Source of the DNA: Zootoca vivipara
Lineage: Eukaryota
Reading direction: 5' to 3'
Assembly (NCBI RefSeq): GCF_963506605.1
Contig: NC_083281.1
Coordinates: forward strand, 42,966,001-43,030,000
Length of the DNA: 64,000 nucleotides
Notes under the pieces: generated by a model
Told to the model about the DNA's origin: nothing
The model's input: only the letters and a program-made list of their open reading frames with translations
Database searches by the model: none
Part shown: one piece after another, positions 38,380 to 50,827 of the stretch
How positions within the stretch are numbered: the stretch's first letter is position 1
How the letters are laid out: each line of letters starts with the position of its first letter
Translations under genes and position numbers: made by a program

Positions 38380-38604
38380 ATAAAAAAATTCCTTCAGTAG
38401 CACCTTAAAGACCAACTAAGTTTATATTTTGGTATGAGCTTTCGTGTGCATGCACACTTCTTCAGATACACAGTGTGATTAATAGTGTGCATGCACACGA
38501 AAGCTCATACCAAAATATAAACTTAGTTGGTCTTTAAGGTGCTACTGAAGGAATTTTTTTATTTTGCTTCGACTCAGACCAACACGGCTACCCACCTGTA
38601 ACTA
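38380..38604. mobile_element. Penelope-like element remnant with inverted arms and 13-bp TSD
   Basis: TSD ATTCTGTATTACA at 38367-38379 and 38605-38617; perfect 80-bp inverted repeat 38379-38458 / 38484-38563; sequence resembles reptile Penelope termini and contains a hammerhead core. Confidence 0.8.
38432..38469 (-). ncRNA. Minimal type I hammerhead ribozyme motif
   Basis: GUAU-CUGAAGA-A-GUGUG-CAUG-CACAC-GAAA-GCUC-AUAC: stem I GUAU/AUAC, CUGANGA box, stem II, GAAA box, very short stem III, UC cleavage site. Confidence 0.8.
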
Positions 38605-39614
38605 ATTCTGTATTACAGTATTTCTCTCTCGGAGCAACGTGTTTAAATATAATTAATTATTCCGTTTATTAAAAAAGCAAAACACATGAGAAACCTGGCC
38701 CGGCCTTTCCACCAGCTCTGCTCCTAGAAGGAAAAGGGGCTTTATTATTTATTTATTTTTATAACTCTTATCTTCCCACCTTTTCCTCTCAGACGCTCAA
38801 GGCGGCGCACATGTTTTATGGTCGAGTAGGGATTTGAACCCTGGTCTCCATGATCCTAGTCTGGTACAACACCCTGGTAGATCAGGGTTCAAATCCCCAC
38901 TTAGCCATGAAGCTCATTGTGTGACCTTCAGCAAATCACTACCTCTCAGCCTCACCTACCTTAGGGGGTTGTTGTGGGGATTAAATGACGAGAACCATGT
39001 CCTTTACACCACCTTCAGCTCCTTGGAGAAAAAAAGGTGGGCAACAAATGCAGTAAAAAAATATTGATGGGGCCTTTGCTTGCTCCTTATTTGGCAGCCT
39101 CAAATTGCCATATCTCTTAACTAGTTTTTTAATAAATGGTGACAAGCAAGTAACCCAGAGCAACCCTCAGCCACTTTTGTAACTGCTCCTGGTGAGTCAT
39201 GCTTGGGTGGTGGGGGCAGGAGGAGGAAGGACAAACAGCAGCTCTCTCTCAGTTGAGCACTTGCATCATGCAAGCATGACTCACTCTATGGGAGCCTCAA
39301 CTGCCACTTGTGCAAACAACAGACTCCAGGGAGGTAACAAAAGAGTGTTAGTCTTCCACAATACTGCCGGCATTAGGGGAAGTGGGGCTGCAGTCACCAA
39401 ACCTGACTTGAGCACGCTGCCAGATTTGGAGACTCTTTCTGCAAACAGCTCTGTGTTCTGGGTGTGCAACTCCCTCCTGCGATCATTGGAAGGGGTACTC
39501 AGCACCGTTTAGAAATAAAGCCAGGCGCTTCCCACGCTTTGTCTAGTGCTAACTGAAGTGGATAGAAATTACTTTTTCTAGAAGTTGTTGCAGCAGCCAA
39601 GAATCCTGAATTAT

Positions 39615-39835
39615 GAGCCAGTGGTGGTGTGCTGGTTAGCGTTGGACTAGGACATGAGAAACCAGGGTTCGAATCCCCACTCGGCCATGAAGCTCACTGG
39701 GTGACCTTGGGCCAGTCACTTACTCTCAACCTAACCTACCTCACAGGGTTGTTGTGGGGATTAAATGAGGAAAGGGAGAACCATGTAAGCACCTTGAGCT
39801 CCATAGTGGAAAAGGTGCAATATAAATGCAAAATA
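39615..39835 (+). mobile_element. tRNA-derived MIR-like squamate SINE (related copies at ~17560-17750, ~38870-39060, ~41967-42175)
   Basis: A/B-box-like GGTTCGAATCCC and core GGGTGACCTTGGGCCAGTCACT...CCTACCTCACAGGGTTGTTGTG. Confidence 0.75.
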
Positions 39836-41239
39836 AAAACAAATGCCATATATGTGCAGTCTGACTAGAGACTCTCAAAATACATGTAGCTGCAAGCAGA
39901 AAGTCGGGAGACGGTTCAGTATGTCCAATCTAGCATAGCAAATATGGAGCACAGAGAATTCCGTGGCCCTCATTGGCTCCTTAATGTGATGTGGCCAATA
40001 TGCCACTTTTTTACCAGACACACACACCAACATGTGCCGGGCAGCCTCTGCACAGCCTTTGATTCACTTTGTAAACTTGCACCTGCTCCATCAGGTGAAG
40101 GGGCCGTGTTCATTCCCTGTAATACAGATGAGTCACGTGCATGCAATGGGGTGAAAGGGTAGCTGTGGGGCCCACATTGCTGCACCATTCAGCACACTTT
40201 AAGATTGATCCACACACGAACATTAACTCTTTTGGGCTGTAAGATTTGGGGAAGTAAAGCAAAGCTGGTGCAGACAGGCAGGCTGTCTGCTGTGTCCTCA
40301 GGGGCCCTGGAAAGCTCTGAATCATCAGCCCAAAGGCATTGAAATCCAGCTCCTCTCCTGTGCCAGTTACCCCTCAACATGTGCTAGGCAAGTCAGCAGA
40401 CTTGGCAGGAAGAGCAGCTTTCAATGCCTGCTGGAGGAAGGAGGGGATGCTGCTCTGTCATCTGCCTAGAGTAGCTGAACTAAATGGTGTGAAATAACTG
40501 TGTTGGCCTGTTGCCAATACAGTGCCTCTTTTGTGGGGAAGATGGTGAAGCTGCAGAACTGCAAGTGTTCCTGGATGACACTGGTTATCAGGATACACTT
40601 CAGTCTGGGTTTAGGCCTGGTTTCGGGAATGAATTGGCCTTGGTCACCTTCATGGATGACCTGTAATGGGAGAAATATGGTGATGCATGGCCCTGTTACA
40701 ACTGCTTGATATCTCAGCAGCTTTAGATAGCATTGGCCATGGTAACCTACTGGATCACCTGAGTGGGATGGGTGATGGAGACACTGTATTAGTGGTTCCA
40801 CTCATACTTGATCGGTTGTGTCCAGACAATAACACTGGGTGGGGGACTGCTCTTTGACATTGTTCTGGCATTGATATACAAAGCCTTGAGCAACTTGGGC
40901 CTAAAATACCTGAAGCCTGAACTGTTATATTCCAGCTTGACCACTGAAATCCAGAGGGGTGATGTTAGTTGTCCCCCCATGTTACAGACAGACATTTAGA
41001 AATCAGACATTTAGCACCACTGGTCCCATAGCCTCTGATGTACCTGCTTACTCTGCGCCTTGTAACCCGAGTTCTGTACCAAACTGACTTATGCATTAAA
41101 ACCTTTGGAAGGAATGGTGTTGAGAGTTCTAGTTCCTCATCCAGTCGAGAGCCAGGACAATCCCCAGGCATTGCTTATCCATGGTCAAACTATTCTCTCA
41201 TAACAAAAGAGCCAGTTAGCAGCAACCTGCCTCATAGTA

Positions 41240-41406
41240 CAGTCATACCTCGGTTTAAGTACGCTTCGCTTTGAGTACTTTCAGTTTAAGTACTCCGCAG
41301 ACCCGTCTGGAACGGATTAATCCACTTTCCATTACTTTCAATGGGAAAGTTCGCTTCAGGTTAAGTACGCTGGAACCAATTGTGTATTTAAACCGAGGTA
41401 CTACTG
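41240..41406. mobile_element. Tc1/mariner (Tigger-like) MITE
   Basis: TA-CAGTCATACCTCGGTTTAA ... TTAAACCGAGGTACTACTG-TA. Confidence 0.8.
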
Positions 41407-42372
41407 TACCTGCTGCCCACTTTGGAGTGGGGCTGCCAGTTCAACTAGGTAATGCCCATGGGTGAAACGCAAGGGGGAACTGAGCAACAGTTATGGGATG
41501 TTAGTAAGGCTGCAGCTGCCCTCTTTCATTATTTTCAGAAGAGAAGGCATTAGACTACACATGTGCTTCTGGCACAAAGAGACGATGCCCAGCAGCTGTA
41601 TTATGAACTGAATGCACTCTGTCAGATGCAACTTCAGATCAAACAAGAGGATGAGTGGCAGAAGGGCTCAATGACAGGGGTTTATACTTTGCAATTCTTG
41701 GGCATCTCCTACTGGAAAGATGTGATGCAGCAGAACTAAGAAAGCTTTCTCTGCCCAAGGCTTTGGAAAACGACCACCATTAGTCAGCACTGGGCTAAAT
41801 CAGACTCCTACAACTCCCATTAGTCCCACCCAGCAGGAGCAATAGGCAGGGATGATGTGAACTGTAGTCCAGCCTCTGGAGGGCACCAGAGTGGAAAAGG
41901 CTAGGCAAGATAGACCAAGTTCCTGATATTATTAGTACATGTTCATATTGCATTATTGAGGTTCTAGAGCCAGCGTGGTGTAGCGATTAACGCTGGACTA
42001 GGACCTGGGGGACCAGGGTTCAAATCCTCACTCAGCCATGACATTGGGCCAGTCACTTCTTCAGCCTAACCTACCTCACAGGGCTGTTGTGGGGATGAAA
42101 TGGGGGAAGAGAACTGTATATGCCACCTTGAGCTCCTTGGCAGAAAGGTGAGATATAAATGTAAATAAATAAATGTCAAGCTCTGCACAAGGACTGAGTG
42201 CTCTCTCATTTGTAATTTAACCTCGGCTCAGCTGCTACTGGTAGTTTTCTCAGCCTGCAAGTCCTGGTTAAAGAGGGATGATCTGAGGATATTGAACGTA
42301 CAAAAAGCTGCTGGTTGGTCTGGTGAGAAACAGTTTGTAAAAGGAAAGTGGATCTTAAAATTTTGTAAAGAG

Positions 42373-42378
42373 TTTATT
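42373..42378 (-). terminator. LSM10: Probable LSM10 polyA signal AATAAA
   Basis: AATAAA on the minus strand about 320 nt after the stop. Confidence 0.6.
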
Positions 42379-42697
42379 TGGGGTGGGAAACAAAGGCTGA
42401 AGAGGGTGAAGAGAGTATTAGTCCACAGAAAGCAAGAATCCTATTTGTTGCTAAGGTCAGTTATATTCTAACTTATTATTACAAAGGGACCTAATGCCCA
42501 CTTCCCCTTTCTATAGAAAAGTTTGGTGAACTCTTGAACTCAGGAAGTGGAGCCAAGGAAGGCATCTAGTAAAATCAGGGAGGGTTGTCTACAGGTCACT
42601 TCTAATCTCAGTCCAGAAAAATGTGCTTCTTCATCAGGAGTACAAGCAATGTCAGGCTGAGTTTGGGGCACATGGCAAATCCAGGGGACTAGCCCAC

Positions 42698-43069
42698 TCA
42701 TTTGTAGCTCTGCTTAAGGAACTCCTTCCTGCCCCTGTCTCGGCCACCAAAAGTGCGAACTCTGTGAATGAGCTGCAGCTGTTTCTCAATGGTGGTTGTG
42801 ATGTCCATGTCATCAGGGATGTGGACATAGCGGACGTTCCTTCCCGTCACAAACAGATCATCCAGCCAGGTGGAATGGCCACACCGATCAGTGAACGTCG
42901 CCTCGGACAGGCGGATGTTCATGAAGGCGTCAACGTTGGTGATGCGGCCGACAGCCTTGCTCTCATCCCGCAGCTCCACAGTGGTGACGTGTCCATGGAG
43001 GCCCTGCAGCAGGATGACAAGGCTGTTCTCCGAGATGGTGCGCTCCTTCACGGAGTGGCTGATCTCCAT
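42698..43069 (-). CDS. LSM10: U7 snRNP-specific Sm-like protein LSm10, single coding exon, 123 aa
   Basis: [37 protein letters not shown]...[10 protein letters not shown]...[15 protein letters not shown] (Sm1/Sm2 motifs); acceptor ttccag at 43090; Kozak GCCATGG. Confidence 0.97.
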   Translation of the reverse strand: MEISHSVKERTISENSLVILLQGLHGHVTTVELRDESKAVGRITNVDAFMNIRLSEATFTDRCGHSTWLDDLFVTGRNVRYVHIPDDMDITTTIEKQLQLIHRVRTFGGRDRGRKEFLKQSYK

Positions 43070-43679
43070 GGCGTGGCACCACCTGATGGCTGGAACAGAA
43101 ACAGGAGGAAGAAGAGAGTTCAGTGAGTTAGCCCCATTCATCGCTTTCTCTTGTGCTATATAGAGCACAGGTCTGTGCTTGCACTGTGCTAAGCATGGAA
43201 TTTGGCTCATGACTTTTAGAATCACAGTTCTTGTTCGTTTTGCTTGGAGAGTGCACAGGTGAAACCTCAAAACCCAAACTGAGGCTCTGCAGGATCTCTA
43301 AAGGCAAGCTTCAGTACAGAACTGTGTGTGTTGGTTGGCCTCTCCTTAGCAGCCAGGCAGTAAGAATCAAAAGCCCATGATCTATCATCTGTCCCAAAGA
43401 ATCTGCACATGCCCAGAGGCCAACTGCTCAGCAACCAAACATTCTCACTTGGAAGGAGCAGCAGTAAAATAGTGAGAAAGCTGAATTGTTTCTCTTTCCC
43501 ATAATGTATTTATGTATATGTGCTCCAGTGTAAGTTGCTGCAAGACCTGTTTGGTGACAAGCAACTACCGGTAGTAAGTTTAGTACAAATGAAAATAAAT
43601 AAATGGTAGACCTGGTGTCGGTGCCACTGAGAGAGGAATACAGTACAGTACTGTTACACTGGGTCCAGACTCTTGAGCT

Positions 43680-43703
43680 TTCTCTCTCTCTCTCTCTCTC
43701 TCT
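43680..43703. repeat. (TC)n microsatellite
   Basis: Read directly from the sequence. Confidence 0.9.
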
Positions 43704-44423
43704 GTTTTTTAAATTGAATTTGATTGATTAAATTGAATTAGCACTTGTAGAAGGAAAGCGAGGAAGTAAAATATGTGGGCATTTGAAGCAATCACTATTT
43801 TAAGCTATTGCTTTGTGATATGAGCCTGCCTTTCTGTTTTTAGCCAATGAGTACAGTCACAGCCGTGACCCATAAGTGCTTTGGGCAAATACATACACAG
43901 AGAAGAACCCTCAAACCTGGAAGCCTTTAAAAAAAAGGTTTGGGCAAATCCACGGATAAGGTTGTCAATGCTTCCTAGCCATGATGGAGGCCAGGCTCTG
44001 CCTCCACAGTGTGAGGCAGAAGTGTTTCTTAACGCCAGCTGCTGGAAACAGCAGGAGGGTGTGTGTGTGCTGCTATTGCCCTCAGTTCCTGCTCTGGGGT
44101 TTTCCCATTGGGGGCATCTGTTTGGCCACTGTGAGATGAGGACACTGGGCTAGATTGGCCGGCCCCCTATGTCTCAATCTAGCTGCAGCAAGGCTGTTCT
44201 TTAGTAAAACAACTTCTGATGTTCTTCTGTAAAACAACTTCCAAGTGGCCCAAAGGGTCCCTCCCACCAAGCAGGTGGCCTGTTAGTGGGGAAGAGGGCC
44301 TGATCCACTCATGGGGCCGCCTGCTGGGCCGCAGGAAATCCTGTGGGAGCAGAAATCAAGCAGGCAGGAGGAGAAGTAGACCCAGCGGCTCATGCTAGGG
44401 GTCCCCAGCATGAGCCCCCCTGG

Positions 44424-44567
44424 CATGGGTGTAGCCAAGGAGGGCAGGTAGGCGCAGCTGCCCCCTTCAATAAAAATAAATAAAAATATAATTGCGGGGG
44501 GGGGCAGAACCTCAGTTAGCTAACAAAAGGCCTGATCCCCATAACAAAAAATCTGGCTACGCCCATG
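44424..44567. mobile_element. Short hAT-like MITE in LSM10 intron 1
   Basis: TIR CATGGGTGTAGCCA / TGGCTACGCCCATG; near-identical 8-bp flanks CCCCCTGG / CCCCCTAG. Confidence 0.65.
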
Positions 44568-44724
44568 CCCCCTAGGCCTGCTCCTGGCTGCCTAATTCTC
44601 GCTCTCCGGCCTTTCGATTCGCAGGGAAAGCCAGGGAAGGGGAAAGGGCAGCTCGTGGCGGTTCCTGACCCGAATGGGGTCCCGTGCAGAAGAGGTGCGC
44701 GCAGCGGAGGCTCCGCTCGCCTAC

Positions 44725-44800
44725 CTTGCTTGGATCTCCCGCCTCCTCGCCTAGCGCAAAACCAGAAGCACGCGTGCGTAATCTACAGGCGGTTTAATCA
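44725..44800 (-). other. LSM10: LSM10 non-coding exon 1 (5' end approximate)
   Basis: Small CpG island; donor AAG|gtaggc at 44725/44724; nearby ETS-like CCGGAAG and CCAAT motifs at ~44837-44864. Confidence 0.65.
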
Positions 44801-45413
44801 GAGACTTCGCTCCTCATTCGCCGGTTCTAAACCCAACCGGAAGAAAGTGAAACAGCCCCATTGGCCAGAATGGAAAGAAAGGCGGGGTTCGAGGTGCGGG
44901 AGGAGAAAGCTGGCTTGTGATTGCTTCGTTGCTTCCGCCCGTATCTGATGCGCTCGGAGATTCGCTTTCCGCCCTGAAAGTGACGCGAAGAAGCCACCTA
45001 AAAGCTGGAGAATTTATAAAGTTTCGGCGGTGTTGATGGGCTCCTCTGCTCCAGCTCAAAGCCGCCTTAACTCTCAACTAAGCATGCTCAGAATTGCCGG
45101 TATCCGGGTGTGATTTTACGAATCATTCACAGTAACATCAGGCTGCAATCAAGTATTTTGGAGAAACCCTTGTTGTGCAGGGTGATGCTTCCTGCCCAGT
45201 AAAGATGGAAGATTTAGTTAAGTACTGTACACGACGAACTGTGTGTTAAACTGTATTTTTCAAATATAAAATGTTTTAAATGAACGCATATAGTTTTTAT
45301 ACACTATTCTTTAATGGTGGTAATGGATTTATAATTAGCTGATAATAAAAGTAGAACTACTGTATCTTCTCCAATGAGCAGCTTTTGTTCTGTACAAATA
45401 GGCTAGATCTAGT

Positions 45414-45762
45414 CGGGTGGTGCTGTGGGTTAAACCACAGAGCCTAGGGCTTGCCCACGGTTCGAATCCCCGTGATAGGGTGTGCTCCCGTTGCTCAGTC
45501 CCTGCTCCTGCCAACCTAGCAGTTTGAAAGCAGGCATTGCAAGTAGATAAATAGGTACCACTCCGATGGGAAGGTAAACGGCGTTTCTGTGTGCTGCTCT
45601 GGTTCGCCAGAAAGCGGCTTAGTCATGCTGGCCGCATGGCCCAGAAGCTGTACGCCGGCTCCCTCGGCCAGTAAAGCGAGATGAGCACTGCAACCTGAGA
45701 GTTGTAACCCCAGAGTCATCCGCGACTGGACCTAACGGTCAGGGGTCCCTTTACCTTTACCT
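45414..45762 (+). mobile_element. Sauria SINE, near full length
   Basis: Same family as 10417-10775 in the opposite orientation; ends GGGGTCCCTTTACCTTTACC. Confidence 0.88.
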
Positions 45763-45810
45763 AGTCTCTAGAATCTATTTGGGAGTCCTATGTAAACTCA
45801 CTTAATATGA

Positions 45811-46689
45811 ATGCTTCAGCTCTACAGAGACTCATCAACCATTTTACCAAACCTGCAGGCAGTTCCATCAGCCTGATGACAAACATCCTGGGTCAGGACG
45901 TCGCCAGCACTCCATGCATTTGCACTGGTGACTACATGCTTGAGATGGTAGACTTTTTTGTCTACCTGGATTTCACCATAACCAGCAGTCTCCATCAATG
46001 CTGAGCTGGACAAGCGTATTGGCAATGCAGCTATGACAATGTGATGCTAACATCCCATACAAAGATAAAGGTCTACCATACGTGTGTTGAGCACACTAGT
46101 GAGTGATGGACAACTTAGAATTGTCAGGAGCGACTCACCGCCTTCCATGTGCGCTGTGTCAGGAAGCTTTTGGGTATCACATGGTAAGACAGAGTTTCAA
46201 ACAAAGCGGTGCTGTCCCAAGTCCATATTCCCAGCATGTTTGCACTCATATCTCAGCGACATCTATGTTGGCTTGGTCACGCACAGAATGGAAGATAGCA
46301 GGATCATCAGGGACATGCTCTATGGGAAAATGGCTTCAGGCACCAGGCCTGTTGGGTCAACCAACTCTGTGTTACAAAGATGCCTGCAAACGTGACATCA
46401 AGGCTGGCAGCATTAACCCCACTGTGTGGGAATACCTTGCAGAACACTGGAGTGCCTGGAGATAGGCAGTCAGGTTGTGTATCCATAGCAGTGACCAGAG
46501 GAGGAAAGACCATTTGGAAGATTGTAGAGAGAAGAAACGCCATGGTGTATCTGACCCAGCTGCAACAAAATGACTCTCTTGTATTAGTCTCAACAGCCAC
46601 GGCAGGTGCTGCAACCATCGAATAGATTAGCTTCACCCCCAAAGGCACACTCCTTCACTGTCTCCTGAGACAGATGGATGCCAACAATA
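45811..46689 (+). mobile_element. Degenerate RTE-clade LINE 3' fragment
   Basis: Frameshifted RT C-terminal remnants (…RMEDSRIIRDMLYG…, YKDACKRD); ends GAGACAGATGGATGCCAACAA. Confidence 0.65.
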
Positions 46690-47156
46690 CTTAAACCATG
46701 CTGTCCCACAATCAGAATTGTCAAGGTTTTTGCCAATAGGGCTGCTGAGTTGTTAACAGCTGCAAAAGCAGCAGAAATTCATCAGTGGGAGAGGCATCTA
46801 GGGCAGCCTTCACAAACCTGGTGCCCTTCAGATGCTGTTGGACTACAACTTCCACCAGCCCCAGCTGTAATCCAGCAATACCTGGTGGGCACCAGGCTGA
46901 TCTAGGGAAATATGGTAAATAGTGGCAACCCTAGTTAGAGTGTTGTTTCCTCTGTCAATGTATGTCTATGGGGATTTGAGTAATTTTCAGAGTTTGCAAT
47001 CCTTTGCACACTTACTGGGAGGAAACCCTACTGAACAGAGGGTGATTTGCTTATGAGTAAACTTCTGGACATGTGGGTTATTACAGGACAGGTGGGGTGG
47101 AGAGAGCCCTAAAAGGTAAGTGATAAAAAAGGCAAAACGACATCTTGTTTCTGGTC

Positions 47157-47162
47157 TTTATT
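47157..47162 (-). terminator. OSCP1: Probable OSCP1 polyA signal AATAAA
   Basis: AATAAA about 415 nt after the stop, with U/GU-rich sequence downstream. Confidence 0.65.
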
Positions 47163-47576
47163 GCTGCAGCTAAAAAGACCTTGGTTGCAACACCATTGAA
47201 AACTTGGTCCCCATAAACAAAATGAAGGAACTGGTCTTTCTGCTTGTCTTATAACACACTCACAAACTTAACTAGTGGTATAACACAGTTTGGACCTTGG
47301 ATTAGGAAGCCTATAGAGGGAATCTGTGTATGCACACAGGACATAAATGCCCACTTTCTTTCCAGATGCTCCAGCTTCTAACCCTGGAAGGCACAATCTA
47401 GGTCCTTATTAGCACAGGAATGAAGCTGCTATTTGACCATCACCCATTTCACCAAAGCCAGAGACAGAATTGGTCAAACACATCTAAGCAACATCCAGCC
47501 TTACTGACCCAACAAAAATGGATGGCCTTGGTAACTGCTCTGTTCTACAGCAGGTTGATGCCAGGTGCTCTCCTCC

Positions 47577-47726
47577 TCAAGATGGGAGAGACTTGCATTC
47601 ATGCTCAGCATCCAGCTCATCCATCATTGCCAACAAGTCAGCACCCTTGCTGATCCTCTCCTTTGGTTCTTCTGCGACATCGAACTCTCCCATGATGCGA
47701 GCCAGCTCCTCATTCCGTTGAGGGTC
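47577..47726 (-). CDS. OSCP1: OSCP1 last coding exon
   Basis: DPQRNEELARIMGEFDVAEEPKERISKGADLLAMMDELDAEHECKSLPS*; total CDS 1173 nt (390 aa), or 1203 nt (400 aa) with the microexon. Confidence 0.94.
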   Translation of the reverse strand, partial: DPQRNEELARIMGEFDVAEEPKERISKGADLLAMMDELDAEHECKSLPS

Positions 47727-48650
47727 CTATTTAAAAGAGTCAATTTACTGCAAGAAGCTACTTACGGGAGAACATAAATCATAAATTTGACAATTCAATA
47801 CTTTATTTTCAGTGACCAGCTATAAAAAAATCAATTTAACCTCAGTTGCCGGAAGCAACAAAACACTCTAGTTTTGATTTTAAGAGCATCAAAATGTTCC
47901 TCTGGAAATCAAAAGGAGCTTTGACTGCTGTGAGGGCAGCAAAAAGCATTCTTGGTTCTCAAACACCAAGTTCCAGGTATGCGACACACACCTCATATGA
48001 AACTCACTACCACAAGATGTGGCAATGGCTACTGGTCAAGCTGGCTTCAGTAGGGTACTAGACTGTTTTTATGATTACCAATAATAAATATTAAAAGCAA
48101 AAAGAAGGAAACTAGACAAATTCATCAAAAAGCACAAGTTATCACTGGCTCTATAGAACTTCTGTTTTCAAAGGCAGCACATGATCCAACATGCAGTATC
48201 ACTGGAATGCTTTCGTTCTGCCAATTTCTGACCAGACACTGTTCGAAACAGTATGCTAGGATAGAGAGGCTCATGTTCAGATTCAGCAAGGTTTTTCTTG
48301 ATTATGTTCACGGAACGTGGTGGGTTCTCTCTCCCACACTCCCCATGTGTGGGGCATTCAGAATGAACCATTATCTTCTTTTCATCTTTTATGCAGGCTG
48401 ATGAACAGAACACAACAGAGGCAGAGCAGAGATTCTGCCGTGCAGTCAAGAGTTCTGTGAAACTTAAATGGTTGCATGCCCAACTAAAATTACCCCCCCC
48501 CAAAAGTTCCTCACCTATTTTGTTATTTTCTGGAAGTAACATAGCAATAAACATCGATAAAAATATCCTTCGCCAAATGTACCTTCATTTAGTTCGAAAA
48601 CTATTCAGCTTACCCTCAAAATGAGAGGCTAGGGGGCAATGACTGCATAC

Positions 48651-48714
48651 CTTGTCTGCTTGTATGTTGATAACTTGATACAATAATTCCTCTGGGCGGG
48701 TCAGTGCAGCATGT
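48651..48714 (-). CDS. OSCP1: OSCP1 exon 9
   Basis: HAALTRPEELLYQVINIQADK; 64 nt. Confidence 0.94.
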
Positions 48715-49155
48715 CTTGAGGAAAAGAATAAAGAACTGTCACAGAATTGTAGAGTTGGAAGGTGAGATGAGAGTCATCTAGTCCAACCCCCTGTGGTGAA
48801 GGAATCTCAACTAAACCAGCCATGATTAAATGCTATTCATTTGCAGATAGAATGCTACAAATGAAATCTGTTTGGTAAGCTGTAATGCCTCTAGCAGCTT
48901 TTCACATACCTCACTTGTTTGAATTTTTAAGGAATAGCAATTCCCTGACAAATGCTCCCTGTTGCTGCATCTGATGAGCCTTTTCTGCAAAACTTGTACT
49001 AATTAAAGAAGGTTCTGCAGCAAAGGTTCCCAAAAGGAAGGGGGGGTATGCAAGGGCTTCAGTACGCGCCTCTCACCCACAGATTGATTTAACTAGATGG
49101 CTGAACGGCCAAATCTCACCCACACCACCAATAAAGCAAGTGAGACTGATCATAC

Positions 49156-49295
49156 TCTTCCTCCTCATCTGTGGTGAAGAGATTCAGCCGGAAACCAGCC
49201 TCGTTGCCAAGGGGCTTCTTGATGTCCAGGCTTCCCATGAGTCTGGCCAAGAAGTTCAGCTCTTCTTTAGCCAGAGGGTTTGGAGCAGTGGTCTC
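49156..49295 (-). CDS. OSCP1: OSCP1 exon 8
   Basis: ETTAPNPLAKEELNFLARLMGSLDIKKPLGNEAGFRLNLFTTDEEE(E); 140 nt. Confidence 0.96.
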
Positions 49296-50246
49296 CTACA
49301 TGGAACAAGAGTGGGTCTGTTACATGGAGAGGCAACCAATGGCACTATTGGAAGAGCGTTGTTTACAAGGGTTGTGGCCTCCTAGCACTATAAACGTGGC
49401 AACAAAGCGGTCTGCTAGTGCTCTGGCATCTTGGTTGAAAGCAGCTTTGCAACTGACGTCTTTGAAATTGGGACATAAAAGAGCATATATGGTTGTAGCC
49501 GAGTATGTTCTGGCATGGAAATTAATGTGCCTGAGATAGGCATGATTGTTGATTTCAACAATCCTTCTTTGAGTATGATTAGCATTGGATACAACTCATG
49601 CACACATCATAAAATAACTTATAGAATAATCTAAAAAGTCAGCTCATTGCCCCACAGGTTATCAGTTATCTCCACAGAATTAATGGCAGCATGCAATTTA
49701 CAGAATATGAATTACTGGGATATATTTTGGTGTGAAATTCATAATTAAATAGGCATCTAAAGATCTCTCTCTTGCTCTGGAAATCACCGGGAGGAGATGT
49801 TTATTTGTGGCCTTGGCGCAAAGTACTCTCTGCCCCCAATAATCTCTCAGCCCTCAAACACCTACTCTGGCTTATAGAAGTTGCATTCAGCAACAGACAC
49901 AACCTTATCAAAAGAGAAGGCCAGAAAAAGAAACTCCAAGTTGAAAAGATATGATAAATGAGGCTCTGTCTGAACAAAATGGCATCTAGAGAGAAGGACT
50001 GATTATATTAGTAAAGGATACAGGATCCTAATCTGAAACAGAAAACATTTAGGTAGTAAAGCGGTTTCCTGCACTTTCTACTTAAGAGCAGCCCTCTTCA
50101 ACTGCTCTCCTCCAGATATTTTGGTCTATAAATCTCACAACCCCTAATCACTGGCTGTTTGGAGCTGTTGGGAACTATAATCCAAGAACATCTGGAGGCA
50201 CCAAGTTGGGAAAGGTTGATTAAGAGGGTAGACTAAAGATACTGAC

Positions 50247-50316
50247 CTTTACATGAGATGCCAAATTTTTGGCTGCCCCCGACATGTCTGTCTCTACAGG
50301 CCGGCTGATGCTGTAT
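50247..50316 (-). CDS. OSCP1: OSCP1 exon 7
   Basis: YSISRPVETDMSGAAKNLASHVK; 70 nt; AG/GT. Confidence 0.93.
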
Positions 50317-50407
50317 CTAGAGGCAATTGGTAAAGGCTTATAGTAGACACAAAGGAAAACTGCAGAAAGCCCCCAACTGAAATGTGGCTTTGCATTCCAT
50401 GGCTTAC

Positions 50408-50536
50408 ATGTTTGTTCCCAATTTGATTACTCTGTCTCCATAGAGGTCGAATGAGCCTTCTCGATATGGAAGGTGGTAATTTCCACCACTGACGAACTCA
50501 GTCCTCTTAATCTCATCCCCTTTACTGTTGAAAAGT
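50408..50536 (-). CDS. OSCP1: OSCP1 exon 6
   Basis: LFNSKGDEIKRTEFVSGGNYHLPYREGSFDLYGDRVIKLGTN(I); 129 nt. Confidence 0.95.
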
Positions 50537-50827
50537 CTGAAAATTGCAAAATTGAAGCACTGTGGTGACTTCTAGTGCTTTTGTGAACAAGGAAGAATAA
50601 CCCTCTATCTCATAGAACAGCTGGGATAGTTAATAAAGGGGAATTTGCTGGCTTAAGGTACCCTCTTTCCTCTACTCCCAACAGGTTTGTCTCAGTCAGA
50701 TGACCCATGCAGCCTGGAACTAGGGATTCTCCTTAAGATTGGAATAGATGGTTAACTAGGTGCAGCTGATCTATCTAGTGGCTACATGGAAAAAGCAGGG
50801 TGCAAGGTAGAGAGGTCTAAGATTCAC

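Noticed and set aside
42623-43126. 167-aa plus-strand ORF, and the 190-aa version of the LSM10 ORF
   Set aside because: Antisense shadow of LSM10; the upstream 67 aa of the long minus-strand ORF run mostly through intron beyond the acceptor at 43090
48971-48990. CTGATGA as a second hammerhead core
   Set aside because: No stem II followed by GAAA and no flanking stem I
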